Assembly: GCA_947453625.1 (NCBI GenBank)
Contig: CANGHK010000022.1
Coordinates: 4,121 to 68,120 of the forward strand
Reading direction: 5' to 3'
Length of the DNA stretch: 64,000 nt
DNA from: Burkholderiales bacterium
GTDB lineage: Bacteria > Pseudomonadota > Gammaproteobacteria > Burkholderiales > Burkholderiaceae_C
A program made the position numbers and the translations under genes. The notes beneath the pieces were generated by a model. That model was not told where the DNA came from. It worked only from the letters and a program-made list of their open reading frames with translations, and made no database searches. Every line of letters begins with the position of its first letter. Positions within the stretch are counted from its first letter, which is position 1. Below are positions 35,658 to 46,494 of this stretch, in pieces.

Positions 35658-38540
35658 ATGACCGAACTCGCGAAATCCTTCGAACCCGCTGCCATCGAGG
35701 CCTACTGGGGCCCGCTGTGGGAGAAAAGCGGCCTCTACGCCCCCACGCTCGACAGCAGCAAGCCGTCATTCAGCGTCCAGTTGCCTCCGCCCAACGTCAC
35801 CGGCACGCTGCACATGGGGCACGCCTTCAACCAGACCATCATGGACTCGTTGACGCGCTACCACCGCATGCGGGGCTTCAACACGCTGTGGGTGCCGGGC
35901 ACCGACCATGCCGGCATCGCCACCCAGATCGTCGTCGAGCGCCAGTTGCAGGAGGCCGGCCTGTCGCGCCACGACCTGGGCCGCGAGGCCTTCCTCAAAC
36001 AGGTCTGGGACTGGAAGAAGGCATCCGGCGCGACCATCACGCGGCAGATGCGCCGCATGGGCGACAGCGTCAGCTGGGACCATGAATATTTCACGATGGA
36101 CGAGGGCCTGTCGGCCACAGTGACCGAGACCTTCGTGCGGCTGTACGAGGAAGGCCTGATCTACCGCGGCAAGCGGCTGGTGAGCTGGGACCCGGTGCTC
36201 AAGAGCGCGGTGTCCGACCTCGAGGTCGAGAGCGAGGAAGAGGACGGCTGGCTCTGGTACATCCGCTACCCGGTGGTGGACGACGACGGCAGCCTGACTG
36301 CTGCCGGGCTGCCGACCAGCCTGGTGGTGGCCACCACCCGCCCCGAGACGATGCTGGGCGACACCGCGGTGATGGTGCACCCCGAGGACGAGCGCTACAG
36401 CGCGCTGATCGGCCGGCAGGTGCGGCTGCCCATCACCGGACGCCTGGTGCCGGTGATCGCCGACAGCTATGTCGACAAGGCATTCGGCACCGGCGTGGTC
36501 AAGGTCACGCCGGCGCATGACCCCAACGACTACCAGGTCGGCCTGCGCCATGGGCTGGCGATGATCACCATCTTCACGCTGGATGCCAAGGTCAACGACG
36601 AAGCCCCCGAAGCCTACCGCGGGCTGGACCGTTTCGTCGCCCGCAAGAAGATCGTCGCCGAGTTGGACGCCGAGGGCCTGCTGGTCGAAACCAAGAAGCA
36701 CAAGCTGCAAGTGCCGCGCTGCGCCCGCACCGGCCAGGTGATCGAGCCCATGCTGACCGACCAGTGGTTCGTCGCGGTGAGCAAGCCCGGCGCCAACGGT
36801 AAATCCATCGCCGAGGAGGCGATAGAGGTCGTGCAGTCGGGCGAGGTCAAGTTCGTTCCCGAGCAATGGGTCAACACCTACAACCAGTGGATGAACAACA
36901 TCCAGGACTGGTGCATCAGCCGCCAGCTCTGGTGGGGCCACCAGATCCCGGCCTGGTACGGCAGCGCCGGCGAGTTGTTCGTCGGCCGCGACGAGGCCGA
37001 GGCTCGCGCCAAGGCCGACGCCGCTGGCTACCAGGGTGTGCTGACGCGCGACCCCGACGTGCTCGACACCTGGTACTCGTCGGCGCTGGTGCCTTTCTCG
37101 ACGCTGGGCTGGCCGGCCAAGTCCATTGAGCAGGACCTGTTCCTGCCCAGCAGCGTGCTGGTCACCGGCTACGACATCATCTTCTTCTGGGTCGCCCGGA
37201 TGATCATGATGACCCGGCACTTCACCGGCAAGGTGCCGTTCAAGCATGTCTACATCCACGGCCTGGTGCTCGACGCGCAGGGCAAGAAGATGAGCAAGAG
37301 CGAGGGCAACGTGCTCGACCCGGTCGACCTGATCGACGGCATAGCACTGGCCCCGCTGCTGGACAAGCGCAGCACCGGTCTGCGCAAGCCCGAAAATGCC
37401 CCCCGCGTGCGCAAGGCGACCGAGAAAGAATTCCCCGACGGCATCCCGGCCTATGGCGCCGACGCGCTGCGCTTCACCTTCGCGGCGATGGCCACGCTGG
37501 GGCGCAGCGTCAACTTCGACAGCAAGCGCTGCGAGGGCTACCGCAACTTCTGCAACAAGCTGTGGAACGCCACCCGCTTCGTGCTGATGAACTGCGAGGG
37601 CCAGGACTGCGGCCTGCGTGAGCACAGCAAGGCGGAATGCCAGCCCGGCGGCCCGGCCCATGGCTACTTGAAGTTCTCGCCCGCCGACAAGTGGATCACC
37701 AGCGAATTGCAACGGGTCGAGGCCGCGGTGGCCACGGGCTTTGCCGACTACCGGCTGGACAACGTCGCCAACGCGATCTACCAGTTCGTCTGGGACGAGT
37801 ACTGCGACTGGTATCTGGAGATTGCCAAGGCGCAAATCGCCGAAGCCGCCAGGTCGGGCAGCCTGCCCGAGCAGCGGGCGACGCGCCGCACCCTGCTGCG
37901 CGTGCTCGAGACCGTGCTGCGCCTGCTGCACCCGATCACGCCCTTCATCACCGCCGAGCTGTGGAACACGGTGGCGGTGGTGGCCGGGCGCAAGTCGGCC
38001 GATGCGGTGTCGGCCATGACCACCGTGGCCAGCGCCGCCTACCCGCAAGCCCAGCTCGAGCGGGTGGACGCGGCCTCGGACGCCTGGATGGCCAGGCTCA
38101 AGTCGCAGGTGGCGGCCTGCCGCAGCCTGCGCAGCGAGATGGGCCTGTCACCGGCCGCCCGGGTGCCGCTCTACGTCATCGGCGAGGCCGAATTCATGGC
38201 CCAGGCAGCGCCGCTGCTGCAGGCGCTGGTCAAGTTGTCGGAGGTCAGGATCTTCAGCGACGAGGCCGAGTTCGCCCAGGCCAGCAAGACATCGCCGGTG
38301 GCGGTGCAGGGTGGCGTGCGCATGGCCTTGTTCGTCGAGATCGACGTCGATGCCGAACGCGCCAGGCTGTCCAAGGAAATCGCCCGCATCGACGGCGAGG
38401 TCACCAAGGCCCTTGCCAAGCTGGGCAACGAGAGTTTCGTCGCCCGCGCTCCGGCCGCGGTAGTCGAGCAGGAGCGCGCGCGAGTGGCCGAATTCAGCCA
38501 GACCCTGGTGCGGCTGCGCGAGCAGGCAGCGCAGTTGTAA
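35658..38540 (+). CDS. valS: Valine--tRNA ligase
   Basis: [31 protein letters not shown]-terminal coiled coil. Confidence 0.98.
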   Translation: MTELAKSFEPAAIEAYWGPLWEKSGLYAPTLDSSKPSFSVQLPPPNVTGTLHMGHAFNQTIMDSLTRYHRMRGFNTLWVPGTDHAGIATQIVVERQLQEAGLSRHDLGREAFLKQVWDWKKASGATITRQMRRMGDSVSWDHEYFTMDEGLSATVTETFVRLYEEGLIYRGKRLVSWDPVLKSAVSDLEVESEEEDGWLWYIRYPVVDDDGSLTAAGLPTSLVVATTRPETMLGDTAVMVHPEDERYSALIGRQVRLPITGRLVPVIADSYVDKAFGTGVVKVTPAHDPNDYQVGLRHGLAMITIFTLDAKVNDEAPEAYRGLDRFVARKKIVAELDAEGLLVETKKHKLQVPRCARTGQVIEPMLTDQWFVAVSKPGANGKSIAEEAIEVVQSGEVKFVPEQWVNTYNQWMNNIQDWCISRQLWWGHQIPAWYGSAGELFVGRDEAEARAKADAAGYQGVLTRDPDVLDTWYSSALVPFSTLGWPAKSIEQDLFLPSSVLVTGYDIIFFWVARMIMMTRHFTGKVPFKHVYIHGLVLDAQGKKMSKSEGNVLDPVDLIDGIALAPLLDKRSTGLRKPENAPRVRKATEKEFPDGIPAYGADALRFTFAAMATLGRSVNFDSKRCEGYRNFCNKLWNATRFVLMNCEGQDCGLREHSKAECQPGGPAHGYLKFSPADKWITSELQRVEAAVATGFADYRLDNVANAIYQFVWDEYCDWYLEIAKAQIAEAARSGSLPEQRATRRTLLRVLETVLRLLHPITPFITAELWNTVAVVAGRKSADAVSAMTTVASAAYPQAQLERVDAASDAWMARLKSQVAACRSLRSEMGLSPAARVPLYVIGEAEFMAQAAPLLQALVKLSEVRIFSDEAEFAQASKTSPVAVQGGVRMALFVEIDVDAERARLSKEIARIDGEVTKALAKLGNESFVARAPAAVVEQERARVAEFSQTLVRLREQAAQL

Positions 38541-38669
38541 GCCACGCGGCAACCGGCGGCGCCTGACTCGCGCCACCGCAAGCCGCGCGAACCTGCCGGC
38601 GCAGCGGGCCGGAGGCCGAAGCTCGCATGACAGAATCCCGCCAGTTCAACGCAACGACGGGCCCTCTCC

Positions 38670-39536
38670 ATGTTGGTGAAGAAAGCGATTTTTCCGGTGG
38701 CCGGTCTCGGCACCCGGTTCCTGCCGGCCACCAAGGCCCAGCCCAAGGAAATGCTGCCGGTGGTGGACAAGCCGCTGATCCAGTACGCGGTCGAAGAAGC
38801 CTACAACGCCGGCGTGCGCGAGATGATCTTCGTGACCGGCCGCCACAAGCGCCCGATCGAGGACCACTTCGACATGACCTTCGAACTCGAGGTCGCCCTC
38901 GAGCAGGCCGGCAAGGCCGAACTGCTGGACGTGGTGCGCAGCGTCAAGCCGCACGACATGGAATGCATCTACGTGCGCCAGGCCCAGGCGCTGGGCCTGG
39001 GACACGCCGTGCTGTGCGGCCAACGCCTGGTGGGCAGCGAACCCTTCGCGGTGCTGCTGGCCGACGACCTGATGGTCGGCTCGCCGCCGGTGCTCAAGCA
39101 GATGGTCGACCAGTTCAGCGAATGGCGCGCGTCCATCCTGGCGGTGCAGGAAGTACCGCCCGAGCACACCCGGCGCTACGGCATCGTCGACGGCACTCCG
39201 GTCAACGACCGGTTGGTTGACGTCAACCGCATCGTCGAGAAGCCGGCGCCAGAGAACGCACCGTCGCGCCTGGGCGTGGCCGGCCGCTACATCCTGACAC
39301 CGGGGGTGTTCCACGAGATCGCCAGCCAGCCGCGCGGCGTGGGCGGCGAGATCCAGCTGACCGACGGCATCGCCTCGCTGCTGCGCCGCGAGAAAGTGTT
39401 CGCCTACCGCTACGAAGGCCGCCGCTACGACTGCGGCAGCAAGGAAGGCTGGCTGCAGGCGAACGTGGAACTGGCGCTGTCGCACCCCGAGGTTGGGGCC
39501 AGCTTCCGCAGCTACCTCGGCGGGCTGACGCTCTGA
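38670..39536 (+). CDS. galU: UTP--glucose-1-phosphate uridylyltransferase
   Basis: [38 protein letters not shown]. Confidence 0.96.
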   Translation: MLVKKAIFPVAGLGTRFLPATKAQPKEMLPVVDKPLIQYAVEEAYNAGVREMIFVTGRHKRPIEDHFDMTFELEVALEQAGKAELLDVVRSVKPHDMECIYVRQAQALGLGHAVLCGQRLVGSEPFAVLLADDLMVGSPPVLKQMVDQFSEWRASILAVQEVPPEHTRRYGIVDGTPVNDRLVDVNRIVEKPAPENAPSRLGVAGRYILTPGVFHEIASQPRGVGGEIQLTDGIASLLRREKVFAYRYEGRRYDCGSKEGWLQANVELALSHPEVGASFRSYLGGLTL

Positions 39537-39549
39537 CCTGCCTGCGGCC

Positions 39550-39777
39550 TCAGCGACGCCGCAGGTAGTGGACGAACTCGTCGCCGGCCTGGCTTTGTTC
39601 GACCAGTTCGTTGCCAGTCTGGCGCGCAAAGGCCTGGAAATCGCGCACCGACCCCGGGTCGGTGGCCAGCACCTTGAGCAGCTCGCCGGGCTGGATCTCG
39701 GACAGCGCCTTCTTGGCCTTCAGGATGGGCAGCGGACAGTTCAGGCCGCGGGTGTCGATTTCCTTCTGCGCTTGCAT
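39550..39777 (-). CDS. TusA/SirA-family sulfurtransferase
   Basis: IDTRGLNCPLPIL, ATDPGSVRDF. Confidence 0.9.
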   Translation of the reverse strand: MQAQKEIDTRGLNCPLPILKAKKALSEIQPGELLKVLATDPGSVRDFQAFARQTGNELVEQSQAGDEFVHYLRRR

Positions 39778-39799
39778 GGACTGGGGTCTCGTCGAAATC

Positions 39800-39838
39800 G
39801 GGTTGAAGATGGCGGGTTGAAGATGGCGGTTTGAAGAT
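39800..39838. repeat. 14-bp tandem direct repeat, about 2.8 copies
   Basis: GGGTTGAAGATGGC GGGTTGAAGATGGC GGTTTGAAGAT. Confidence 0.8.
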
Positions 39839-39839
39839 T

Positions 39840-40379
39840 TCAGCCGCGACGCGGCAAGTCCATGAAGCGCGGCTCCAGGCCACGCCGGCGCAGCCAGTCG
39901 GCCAAGGCGTAGCCGGTGCCGGCCGGCCAGCACACCAGGTCGGCGGGCGCGAACAGCTTGTATTCGGACAGCTCGGGCGACAGCCTGACCTCGCCGCGAG
40001 CCAGCGCGTGGTAGGCGATGATCACCTGATTCATGCGCTGGAAGTCGTAGACGCCTATCAGGTCGAGCGACAGCACCTCGAGCGAGGTCTCCTCGGCCAC
40101 CTCGCGGGCGATGCCCTCCTCGGGCGTCTCGCCGGCCTCCATGAAGCCGGTGATCAGCGCGAACATGCGCCCCGACCAGGCCGCGTTGCGCGCCAGCAGC
40201 ACCTGGCCGTCGCGGTCAGCGCATTCGATCACCGCCGCCAGCACCGGCGTCGGGTTGTTCCAGTGGGTCCATTCGCAAGCGGGGCAGCGCAGGCGGACCT
40301 TCAGTCCACCGTCCTCCAATTGTTCGATGGGCTGGAGCGCGGTCGCGCAGGTCGGGCAGAAGCGGTAGGGGTTGGCCAC
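39840..40379 (-). CDS. Zinc-ribbon Nudix hydrolase (NudC-like)
   Basis: RFCPTCA...CPACEWTHWNNPTP, GFMEAGETPEEGIAREVAEET; GTG start inferred. Confidence 0.85.
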   Translation of the reverse strand: MANPYRFCPTCATALQPIEQLEDGGLKVRLRCPACEWTHWNNPTPVLAAVIECADRDGQVLLARNAAWSGRMFALITGFMEAGETPEEGIAREVAEETSLEVLSLDLIGVYDFQRMNQVIIAYHALARGEVRLSPELSEYKLFAPADLVCWPAGTGYALADWLRRRGLEPRFMDLPRRG

Positions 40380-40399
40380 GGGGGGGGTGAAAACCTTGT

Positions 40400-41359
40400 T
40401 CAGGCTGGGAAGACGCCGGTCGACAGATAACGCTCGCCCCGGTCGCAGACGATGAAAACGATGGTGGCGTCCTGCACCTGCTGGGCAATCTGCAGCGCCA
40501 CCCAGGCCGCGCCGGCGGCCGAGATGCCGGCAAACAGCCCTTCCTGGCGCGCCAGCTTGCGCGCCATATCCTCGGCATCGGCCTGGCTGACCAGCACCAG
40601 CTCGTCGACCTGGGCCGCATCGTAGATCTTGGGCAGGTAGGCCTCTGGCCATTTGCGGATGCCAGGGATGCGCGAGCCCTCGGCCGGTTGGGCGCCGACG
40701 ATGCGCACCCCGGGGTTGCGGCTCTTGAGGTAGCGGCCGACACCGGTGATGGTGCCGGTGGTGCCCATCGCGCTGACGAAATGGGTGACGCGCCCGGCCG
40801 TCTGCTGCCAGATCTCGGGCCCGGTGGTCTCGAAATGGATGCGCGGGTTGTCGGCGTTGGCAAACTGGTCGAGCACCCTGCCCTTGCCGTCGCGCGCCAT
40901 CTGCTCGGCCAGGTCGCGGGCGTATTCCATGCCGCCCGAGCGCGGCGTCAGGATCAGTTCGGCGCCGAACGCCTTCATGGTCTGGACCCGCTCGATGGAC
41001 AAGTCCTCGGGCATGATCAACACCATGTGGTAGCCGCGGATCGCCGCGGCCATTGCCAACGCGATGCCGGTGTTGCCCGAGGTGGCCTCGATCAGCGTGT
41101 CGCCGGGGGCGATGTCGCCGCGCTCCTCGGCGCGCCGGATCATGCTCATCGCCGGTCTGTCCTTGACCGAGCCGGCCGGGTTGTTGCCTTCTAGCTTGCC
41201 GAGGATGACGTTGCCGCGCGCCGCGCCGCCGGCGCCCGGCAAGCGCTGCAAGCGCACCACTGGGGTCTGGCCGATCACGTCCTCGATGGTGGGGTAGTCG
41301 ACAGTGGGAAGGACGGCGGCAGCGGCCTCCGCAGGCGGGTGCTTCTTGGAACGGGGCAT
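40400..41359 (-). CDS. cysM: Cysteine synthase B
   Basis: KLEGNNPAGSVKDR, EATSGNTG, MGTTGT, IPGIRKWP. Confidence 0.93.
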   Translation of the reverse strand: MPRSKKHPPAEAAAAVLPTVDYPTIEDVIGQTPVVRLQRLPGAGGAARGNVILGKLEGNNPAGSVKDRPAMSMIRRAEERGDIAPGDTLIEATSGNTGIALAMAAAIRGYHMVLIMPEDLSIERVQTMKAFGAELILTPRSGGMEYARDLAEQMARDGKGRVLDQFANADNPRIHFETTGPEIWQQTAGRVTHFVSAMGTTGTITGVGRYLKSRNPGVRIVGAQPAEGSRIPGIRKWPEAYLPKIYDAAQVDELVLVSQADAEDMARKLARQEGLFAGISAAGAAWVALQIAQQVQDATIVFIVCDRGERYLSTGVFPA

Positions 41360-41463
41360 GGGCAGGAATCCTCTCGGGCGCCGATTGTGTCAGCCGCCGC
41401 CCGAAGGCGCTGTGCCCCGCATGACATAATCGCGTCTCTACACCGTGTCCCAGGACGCGCGTC

Positions 41464-41548
41464 GCCCTCGTGACGGAATCGGTAGACGTAGCGGATTCAA
41501 AATCCGCCGCCGCAAGGCGTGCCAGTTCGAGTCTGGCCGAGGGCACCA
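41464..41548 (+). tRNA. tRNA-Leu(CAA)
   Basis: 85-nt cloverleaf with long variable arm; anticodon arm GCGGA-TTCAAAA-TCCGC; ends in ACCA. Confidence 0.95.
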
Positions 41549-41560
41549 CCCCCACTCCCC

Positions 41561-42157
41561 ATGCCACCCCTGCCCCCCGTCACCAAGGCGTTGATGCTGA
41601 TCTGCACCGCAGTGTTCTGCGTGCAGAAGTTCCTGCCGGTGGACGCGCTGTTTGCGCTCTGGCCACTGGGCAGCGGCCGCTTCTGGCCCTGGCAGGTGGT
41701 GAGTTACGCCTTCCTGCACGGCGACATGATGCATTTGTTCTTCAACATGCTCGGGCTGTGGATGTTCGGCAGCGAACTCGAGCGGCTGTGGGGCCGCAAC
41801 CGCTACCTGCAGATGCTGCTGGCCAGCGTGATCGCCGCGGCCCTGGTGCAACTGGGCTTCACGCTGCTGACCGGCTCGCGCGCGCCCACCGTCGGCGCCT
41901 CGGGCGGCTTGTTCGGGCTGCTGCTGTCCTACGGCATGCTGTTCCCGAACCGCGTGATCATGCCGCTGTTCCCGCCCATCCCGATGAAGGCACGCACCTT
42001 CGTGATGGTGTTCGGCGGCCTGGAACTGCTGTTCGGTCTGACCGGCGGCGGCGGCGTGGCGCACTTTGCGCACCTGGGCGGCATGCTCGGCGCCTGGATC
42101 ATGATCAGTTGGTGGCGTGGCAAGCTGCCGTTCAGCGGCCCGCGCCGCCGCCGCTGA
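41561..42157 (+). CDS. Rhomboid family intramembrane serine protease
   Basis: FLHG, HLFFNM, GASG, AHFAHLGG. Confidence 0.92.
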   Translation: MPPLPPVTKALMLICTAVFCVQKFLPVDALFALWPLGSGRFWPWQVVSYAFLHGDMMHLFFNMLGLWMFGSELERLWGRNRYLQMLLASVIAAALVQLGFTLLTGSRAPTVGASGGLFGLLLSYGMLFPNRVIMPLFPPIPMKARTFVMVFGGLELLFGLTGGGGVAHFAHLGGMLGAWIMISWWRGKLPFSGPRRRR

Positions 42158-42320
42158 CCTGCTGAACTGCTGACGGGTCACTCGCCGCAGGTCTGTACGG
42201 CCTGGCGCCCAATCTGGCAGGGACACCGGCACGCGCGCCAAGCCCCCGGCCCCGTCAGGGCTGTCAAAATCGGATCATGCTTGGCCAGGCTCAACCCTGC
42301 CATGACCCGGGAGCGCTGCG

Positions 42321-43385
42321 ATGAAGTCCCCCCTGCCCGCTGTTTCTGCCGTGACCTGGACCGCGCTGCTGGCCCTGCTGGCGGCCTGGCTGCTGACTTG
42401 GTCGCCGCCGGGCTTTGCCGCCGACCTTCCCGACCCCGGCGCGCTGGCCGCCCGCTCACTGGCGCTGCAGCGCGCCCATCAGGCGGTGTTGGGCGTGCAG
42501 GCCATCGCGCTGGACGATGCCCGGTCCAACGCCAACCTGGGGCGTGCGCGCAGCGGATCGGGCGTGCTGATAGGCGCCGACGGCCTGGTGCTGACCATAG
42601 GCTACCTGGTGCTGGAGGCCGAACAGGTGCAACTGGTGCGGGACGACGGCCGCGACGTTCCGGCGCGCGTGCTGGGCTACGACGTGGCCACCGGCTTCGG
42701 TCTGGTGCAGGCGCTGGCCCCGCTGGACCTGGCGCCCGCGCCGCTGGGCGTGGCCGCGGGCCTGGCAGCCGACGAGCCGCTGATGATCGCCAGCGGCGGC
42801 GAGGATGGCGCGGTCAGCGTCGCCTCGCTGGTCTCGCGCCGGCCGTTCTCGGGCAACTGGGAATACCACATCGAGGGCGCGCTGTTCACCGCGCCGCCGC
42901 GCCGCGACCACAGCGGCGCCGGCCTGTTCAACCCGGCCGGCGAGCTGGTGGGCATAGGCTCGCTGCTGGTGGCCGACGCCCAGGGCGACCGCGCCGTCGA
43001 GCAGCCGCGCCGCAGCGGCAACATGTTCGTGCCGGTCGATCTGCTCTTGCCCATACTCGACGAGCTGCGTCGGCAAGGGCGAAGCGCGGCCAGCCAGCGC
43101 GCCTGGCTGGGCCTGAACTGCGTCGAGCAGGACGGCGGCCTGCGGGTGTTGCGGGTCAACGACGACAGCCCGGCCGATGTGGCCGGCCTGCAGCCCGGCG
43201 ACCGCATCCTGCGCATCGACGGCACCGAGGTGCGGGCGCTCGCCACGCTGTGGCAGACGCTGTGGGCCGGCGGGGCGCCCGAGCGGGAGGTGACGCTGGA
43301 GATCGAGCGCGACCGCCTGCCGCGCACGTTGAAGGTCTACAGCGTCGACCGCATCAAGACCTTGCGCCACGCCGAAGGCATCTGA
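42321..43385 (+). CDS. S1C (HtrA-like) protease-fold protein with PDZ domain, degenerate catalytic triad
   Basis: GSGVLI, VLTIGYLV, HSGAGLFN, WLGL...DSPADVAGLQPGDRI. Confidence 0.82.
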   Translation: MKSPLPAVSAVTWTALLALLAAWLLTWSPPGFAADLPDPGALAARSLALQRAHQAVLGVQAIALDDARSNANLGRARSGSGVLIGADGLVLTIGYLVLEAEQVQLVRDDGRDVPARVLGYDVATGFGLVQALAPLDLAPAPLGVAAGLAADEPLMIASGGEDGAVSVASLVSRRPFSGNWEYHIEGALFTAPPRRDHSGAGLFNPAGELVGIGSLLVADAQGDRAVEQPRRSGNMFVPVDLLLPILDELRRQGRSAASQRAWLGLNCVEQDGGLRVLRVNDDSPADVAGLQPGDRILRIDGTEVRALATLWQTLWAGGAPEREVTLEIERDRLPRTLKVYSVDRIKTLRHAEGI

Positions 43386-43427
43386 CGGCCGGTGGCCGGG
43401 TCGGGTCGGGTCGGCCGCCGCGCCGGT

Positions 43428-44318
43428 TCAGGCCAGCAAGCCCTGCACCACCGTGGGGTAGCGCAGCCGCAGCCCCAACTCCTGCTTCAGGCGCCGGTTC
43501 AGCAGCCGGCGGGATTCGCCCATGAAGCTCAGTTGCATGGGCGACAACACGGCAGCCGCCTGCTCGCGCGACAGGCGCGGCGGCCGCGCCAGGCCGCACA
43601 GGTCGGCGGCCAGGTCGAAGTAGTCGCCCATGCGCAGGTCGGTGTCGTCGCAGACGTTGACCACGCGCTGCGGAAGGCCGCGGTACAGCGCCGCCACGCA
43701 GGCCCGCGCCAAGTCGTCGGCATGGATGTGGTTGGTGTAGACATCGTCCTCGGCGCGCAGCACCGGTGATGCGCGCGCCAGCCGCTCGCGCGGGTGGCCG
43801 CCGGGCCGGTCGCCGGCATAGATGCCCGGGATGCGCAGCAGGCTGACTTTGACGCTGGCGGCGACGGCGAAGGCGCGCAAGCGGGTCTCGGCATCGACCC
43901 GGCGCCTGGCCCGGTCGGTGGCCGGCGCGACCGGCCGGGTCTCGTCGAACTGCGCGCCGCCGGCGTCGCCGTAAACCCCGGTGGTGCTGGCATAGACCAG
44001 ACGGCGCAGCCGGCCGCCGCGCGCCAGCGCCTGCAGCAGGTGGGCGGTGCGGCGGTCGGTCGGGCCCTGGCCGGGCGGCGGCGCCAGGTGCAGCACCGCG
44101 TCGGCCAAGCCGCCCAGGCGCGCCAACGTGGCCGGCCGGTCCAGATCGCCCAGCAGCGGCACCGCGCCGGCCGCGCGCAGTTCAGCCAGGCGCGCTGGCG
44201 ACGAGGTCAGCGCCAGCAGCCGCCAGCGGCCGCGCAGCAGGCGCAGCACGCGCAACCCGATGTCGCCGCAACCCACCACAAGCAAGGTGGGTCGGCGGGG
44301 CGGGGCGACAGCGGTCAT
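43428..44318 (-). CDS. NAD-dependent epimerase/dehydratase, atypical SDR (YeeZ-like)
   Basis: VVGCGDIG, YASTTGVYGD, LRIPGIY, NHIHADDLA. Confidence 0.88.
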   Translation of the reverse strand: MTAVAPPRRPTLLVVGCGDIGLRVLRLLRGRWRLLALTSSPARLAELRAAGAVPLLGDLDRPATLARLGGLADAVLHLAPPPGQGPTDRRTAHLLQALARGGRLRRLVYASTTGVYGDAGGAQFDETRPVAPATDRARRRVDAETRLRAFAVAASVKVSLLRIPGIYAGDRPGGHPRERLARASPVLRAEDDVYTNHIHADDLARACVAALYRGLPQRVVNVCDDTDLRMGDYFDLAADLCGLARPPRLSREQAAAVLSPMQLSFMGESRRLLNRRLKQELGLRLRYPTVVQGLLA

Positions 44319-44398
44319 GGCGGGGGGAAGGCAGCGGGCACAATCGGCCCAGTTTACCGGCCCCCCAGCTCCTGATCCGGCCCGCCCGGGCTTGCCCC

Positions 44399-45472
44399 AT
44401 GCGCTTCCAAGTCACTCTCCAGCCCTCCGGCCGCCACTTCGACGTGCAGCGCGACGAGACCCTCCTGGCCGCGGCCATCCAGCAAGGCGTTGGCCTGCCC
44501 TACGGTTGCCGCGACGGCGCCTGCGGCTCGTGCAAGAGCCGGCTGGTCTCGGGCCAGGTGGTCCACGGCACCCACCAGGCCAAGGCCTTGAGCGAGGCCG
44601 AGCAAGCCGCCGGGATGATCCTGACCTGCTGCGCCAAGCCGCTGAGCGACTGCGTGGTCGAGGCGCGCAGCGTGCCGGGCGCGGGCGAGTTCCCGGTGCT
44701 CAAGATGCCGACCCGGGTGCTGGCCCTGCAGCGGCCGGCCCCCGACGTGGCGCTGCTGCGCCTGCAATTGCCGGCCAACCAGCGCTTCCAGTACCACGCC
44801 GGGCAGTATGTCGAGTTCATCCTGGCCGGCGGCGCGCGGCGCAGCTACTCGATGGCCAATGCGCCGGGCCGGGTCGGCAGCCCGCCGGCGATCGAATTGC
44901 ACATCCGCCACCTGCCCGGCGGGCTGTTCACCGACGCGGTGTTCGGCACGCTGAAGGAGCGCGACATCCTGCGCCTGGAAGGCCCGTTCGGCAGCTTCTT
45001 CCTGCGCAACGGGGCGGACGACCAAGCCCGGCCCATCGTGCTGCTGGCCTCGGGCACCGGGCTGGCGCCGATCAAGGCGCTGGTCGAGCAGTTGCAGGAC
45101 AGCGGCGCCACGCGCCCGGCGCTGCTGTACTGGGGCTGCCGCAGCCGCGCCGACCTCTACCTGCACGACTGGGCGCTGCAGGCCGCCGCCGACCTGCCCT
45201 GGCTGCGCTACATCCCGGTGCTGTCCGAGCCCCAGCCCGCCGACGACTGGACCGGCCGCACCGGCTTCGTGCACCAGGCGGTGATGGCCGACCTGCCCGA
45301 CCTGTCCGGCCATCAGGTCTATGCCTGCGGCGCGCCGGCGATGGTGGACGCCGCGCGGCGCGACTTCAGCGCTCGCTGCGGCCTGCCGGCAGACCAGTTC
45401 CTGGCCGACGCTTTCACGTCCGAGGCCGACAAGCACGCCGCGTTGCCCTCCATGTTGGCTGCCACGTCATGA
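44399..45472 (+). CDS. 2Fe-2S ferredoxin / FAD-NAD(P)H oxidoreductase (CDP-6-deoxy-delta-3,4-glucoseen reductase-like)
   Basis: PYGCRDGACGSCK, LTCC, RRSYSMAN, GTGLAP, YACG. Confidence 0.9.
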   Translation: MRFQVTLQPSGRHFDVQRDETLLAAAIQQGVGLPYGCRDGACGSCKSRLVSGQVVHGTHQAKALSEAEQAAGMILTCCAKPLSDCVVEARSVPGAGEFPVLKMPTRVLALQRPAPDVALLRLQLPANQRFQYHAGQYVEFILAGGARRSYSMANAPGRVGSPPAIELHIRHLPGGLFTDAVFGTLKERDILRLEGPFGSFFLRNGADDQARPIVLLASGTGLAPIKALVEQLQDSGATRPALLYWGCRSRADLYLHDWALQAAADLPWLRYIPVLSEPQPADDWTGRTGFVHQAVMADLPDLSGHQVYACGAPAMVDAARRDFSARCGLPADQFLADAFTSEADKHAALPSMLAATS

Positions 45473-46479
45473 CGCTGATGAACCGTCGACTGAGCCTGCT
45501 GGCCGCGCTGGCCTGCGCCGCGGCGTTCAGCCCGCTATCGGCCAGCGCTCAGGCCAGCGCCCAAGCCGACCGGCCGATCCGCCTGATCGTGCCCTACCCA
45601 CCCGGCGGCCCGCTCGACGCCGTGGCGCGGGTGCTGGCCTCGGCCGTCAAGGACAGCCTGGGCGGGGTGATCGTCGACAACAAGCCCGGCGCCGGCGGCA
45701 ACCTGGGCGCCGACCTGGCCGCCAAGGCGCCGCCCGACGGGCACACGATCGTGATGGGGGCGGTGGCCACCCATGCCATCAACCCCTGGCTGTTCACCAG
45801 GCTGCCCTACGACCCGGTGAAGGATTTCAGCCCGATCACCCGGGTAGCCCAGGTGCCCAACGTGCTGGTGATGAACGCCGACACCGCGCAGCGGCTGGGC
45901 ATCAAGACCCTGCGCGACCTGGTCGGATACGCCAAGAAAAACCCCGGCCGGCTGAACTACGGCTCGGGCGGCAACGGCAGCGCCGGCCATCTGGCGGGCG
46001 AGATGTTCAAGGCCCAGGCCGGCGTGTTCATGGTGCACATCCCCTACGCCGGCGGCAACCCGGCGCAGCTGGGCCTGCTGTCCGGCCAGGTCGACCTGAA
46101 CTTCGACAACCTGGCCAGCGCGTCGGCCAACATACGCTCGGGCAGGCTGCTGGCGCTGGCGGTGACCAGCGCGGCCCGCTCCGGCGCGATGCCAGAGCTG
46201 CCGACCATCGCCGAGGCCGGCCGCGACCTCGGCCTGGGCGGCTTCGACATCGGCACCTGGTTCGGCCTGTTCGGCCCGGCCGGGCTGCCAGCCGACTTGT
46301 TGGCGCGCCTGAACAAGGCCTTCGTCGCCGCCCTCGACGCGCCGGAAACCCGGGCGCGGATGGCCCAGCTGATGGCCGAGCCCTCGCCCACCAGCCCGGC
46401 GCAGTTCGCCGCCTTCGTCAAGGCCGAACTCGCCAAGTACGGGCCGGTGGTCAAGGCCTCGGGCGCCAGCGTCGATTGA
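45469..46479 (+). CDS. Bug/TctC substrate-binding protein
   Basis: IRLIVPYPPGGPLD, VDNKPGAGG, YGSGGNG. Confidence 0.92.
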   Translation: MTLMNRRLSLLAALACAAAFSPLSASAQASAQADRPIRLIVPYPPGGPLDAVARVLASAVKDSLGGVIVDNKPGAGGNLGADLAAKAPPDGHTIVMGAVATHAINPWLFTRLPYDPVKDFSPITRVAQVPNVLVMNADTAQRLGIKTLRDLVGYAKKNPGRLNYGSGGNGSAGHLAGEMFKAQAGVFMVHIPYAGGNPAQLGLLSGQVDLNFDNLASASANIRSGRLLALAVTSAARSGAMPELPTIAEAGRDLGLGGFDIGTWFGLFGPAGLPADLLARLNKAFVAALDAPETRARMAQLMAEPSPTSPAQFAAFVKAELAKYGPVVKASGASVD

Positions 46480-46494
46480 ATTTCTGGAGAAACC

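Noticed and set aside
35766..38048. Long antisense ORFs (here opposite valS; likewise opposite ppk1, polA, the LuxR gene and others)
   Set aside because: These are expected stop-poor shadow frames in very GC-rich DNA, with no recognisable motifs.
39840..41567. 575-aa ORF spanning cysM and the Nudix gene
   Set aside because: Only the last 180 codons look like protein; the rest is an alternative frame over cysM and tRNA-Leu.
43398..43414. Short (GGGTC)3 run between convergent genes
   Set aside because: Too short to be distinguished from chance in GC-rich sequence.
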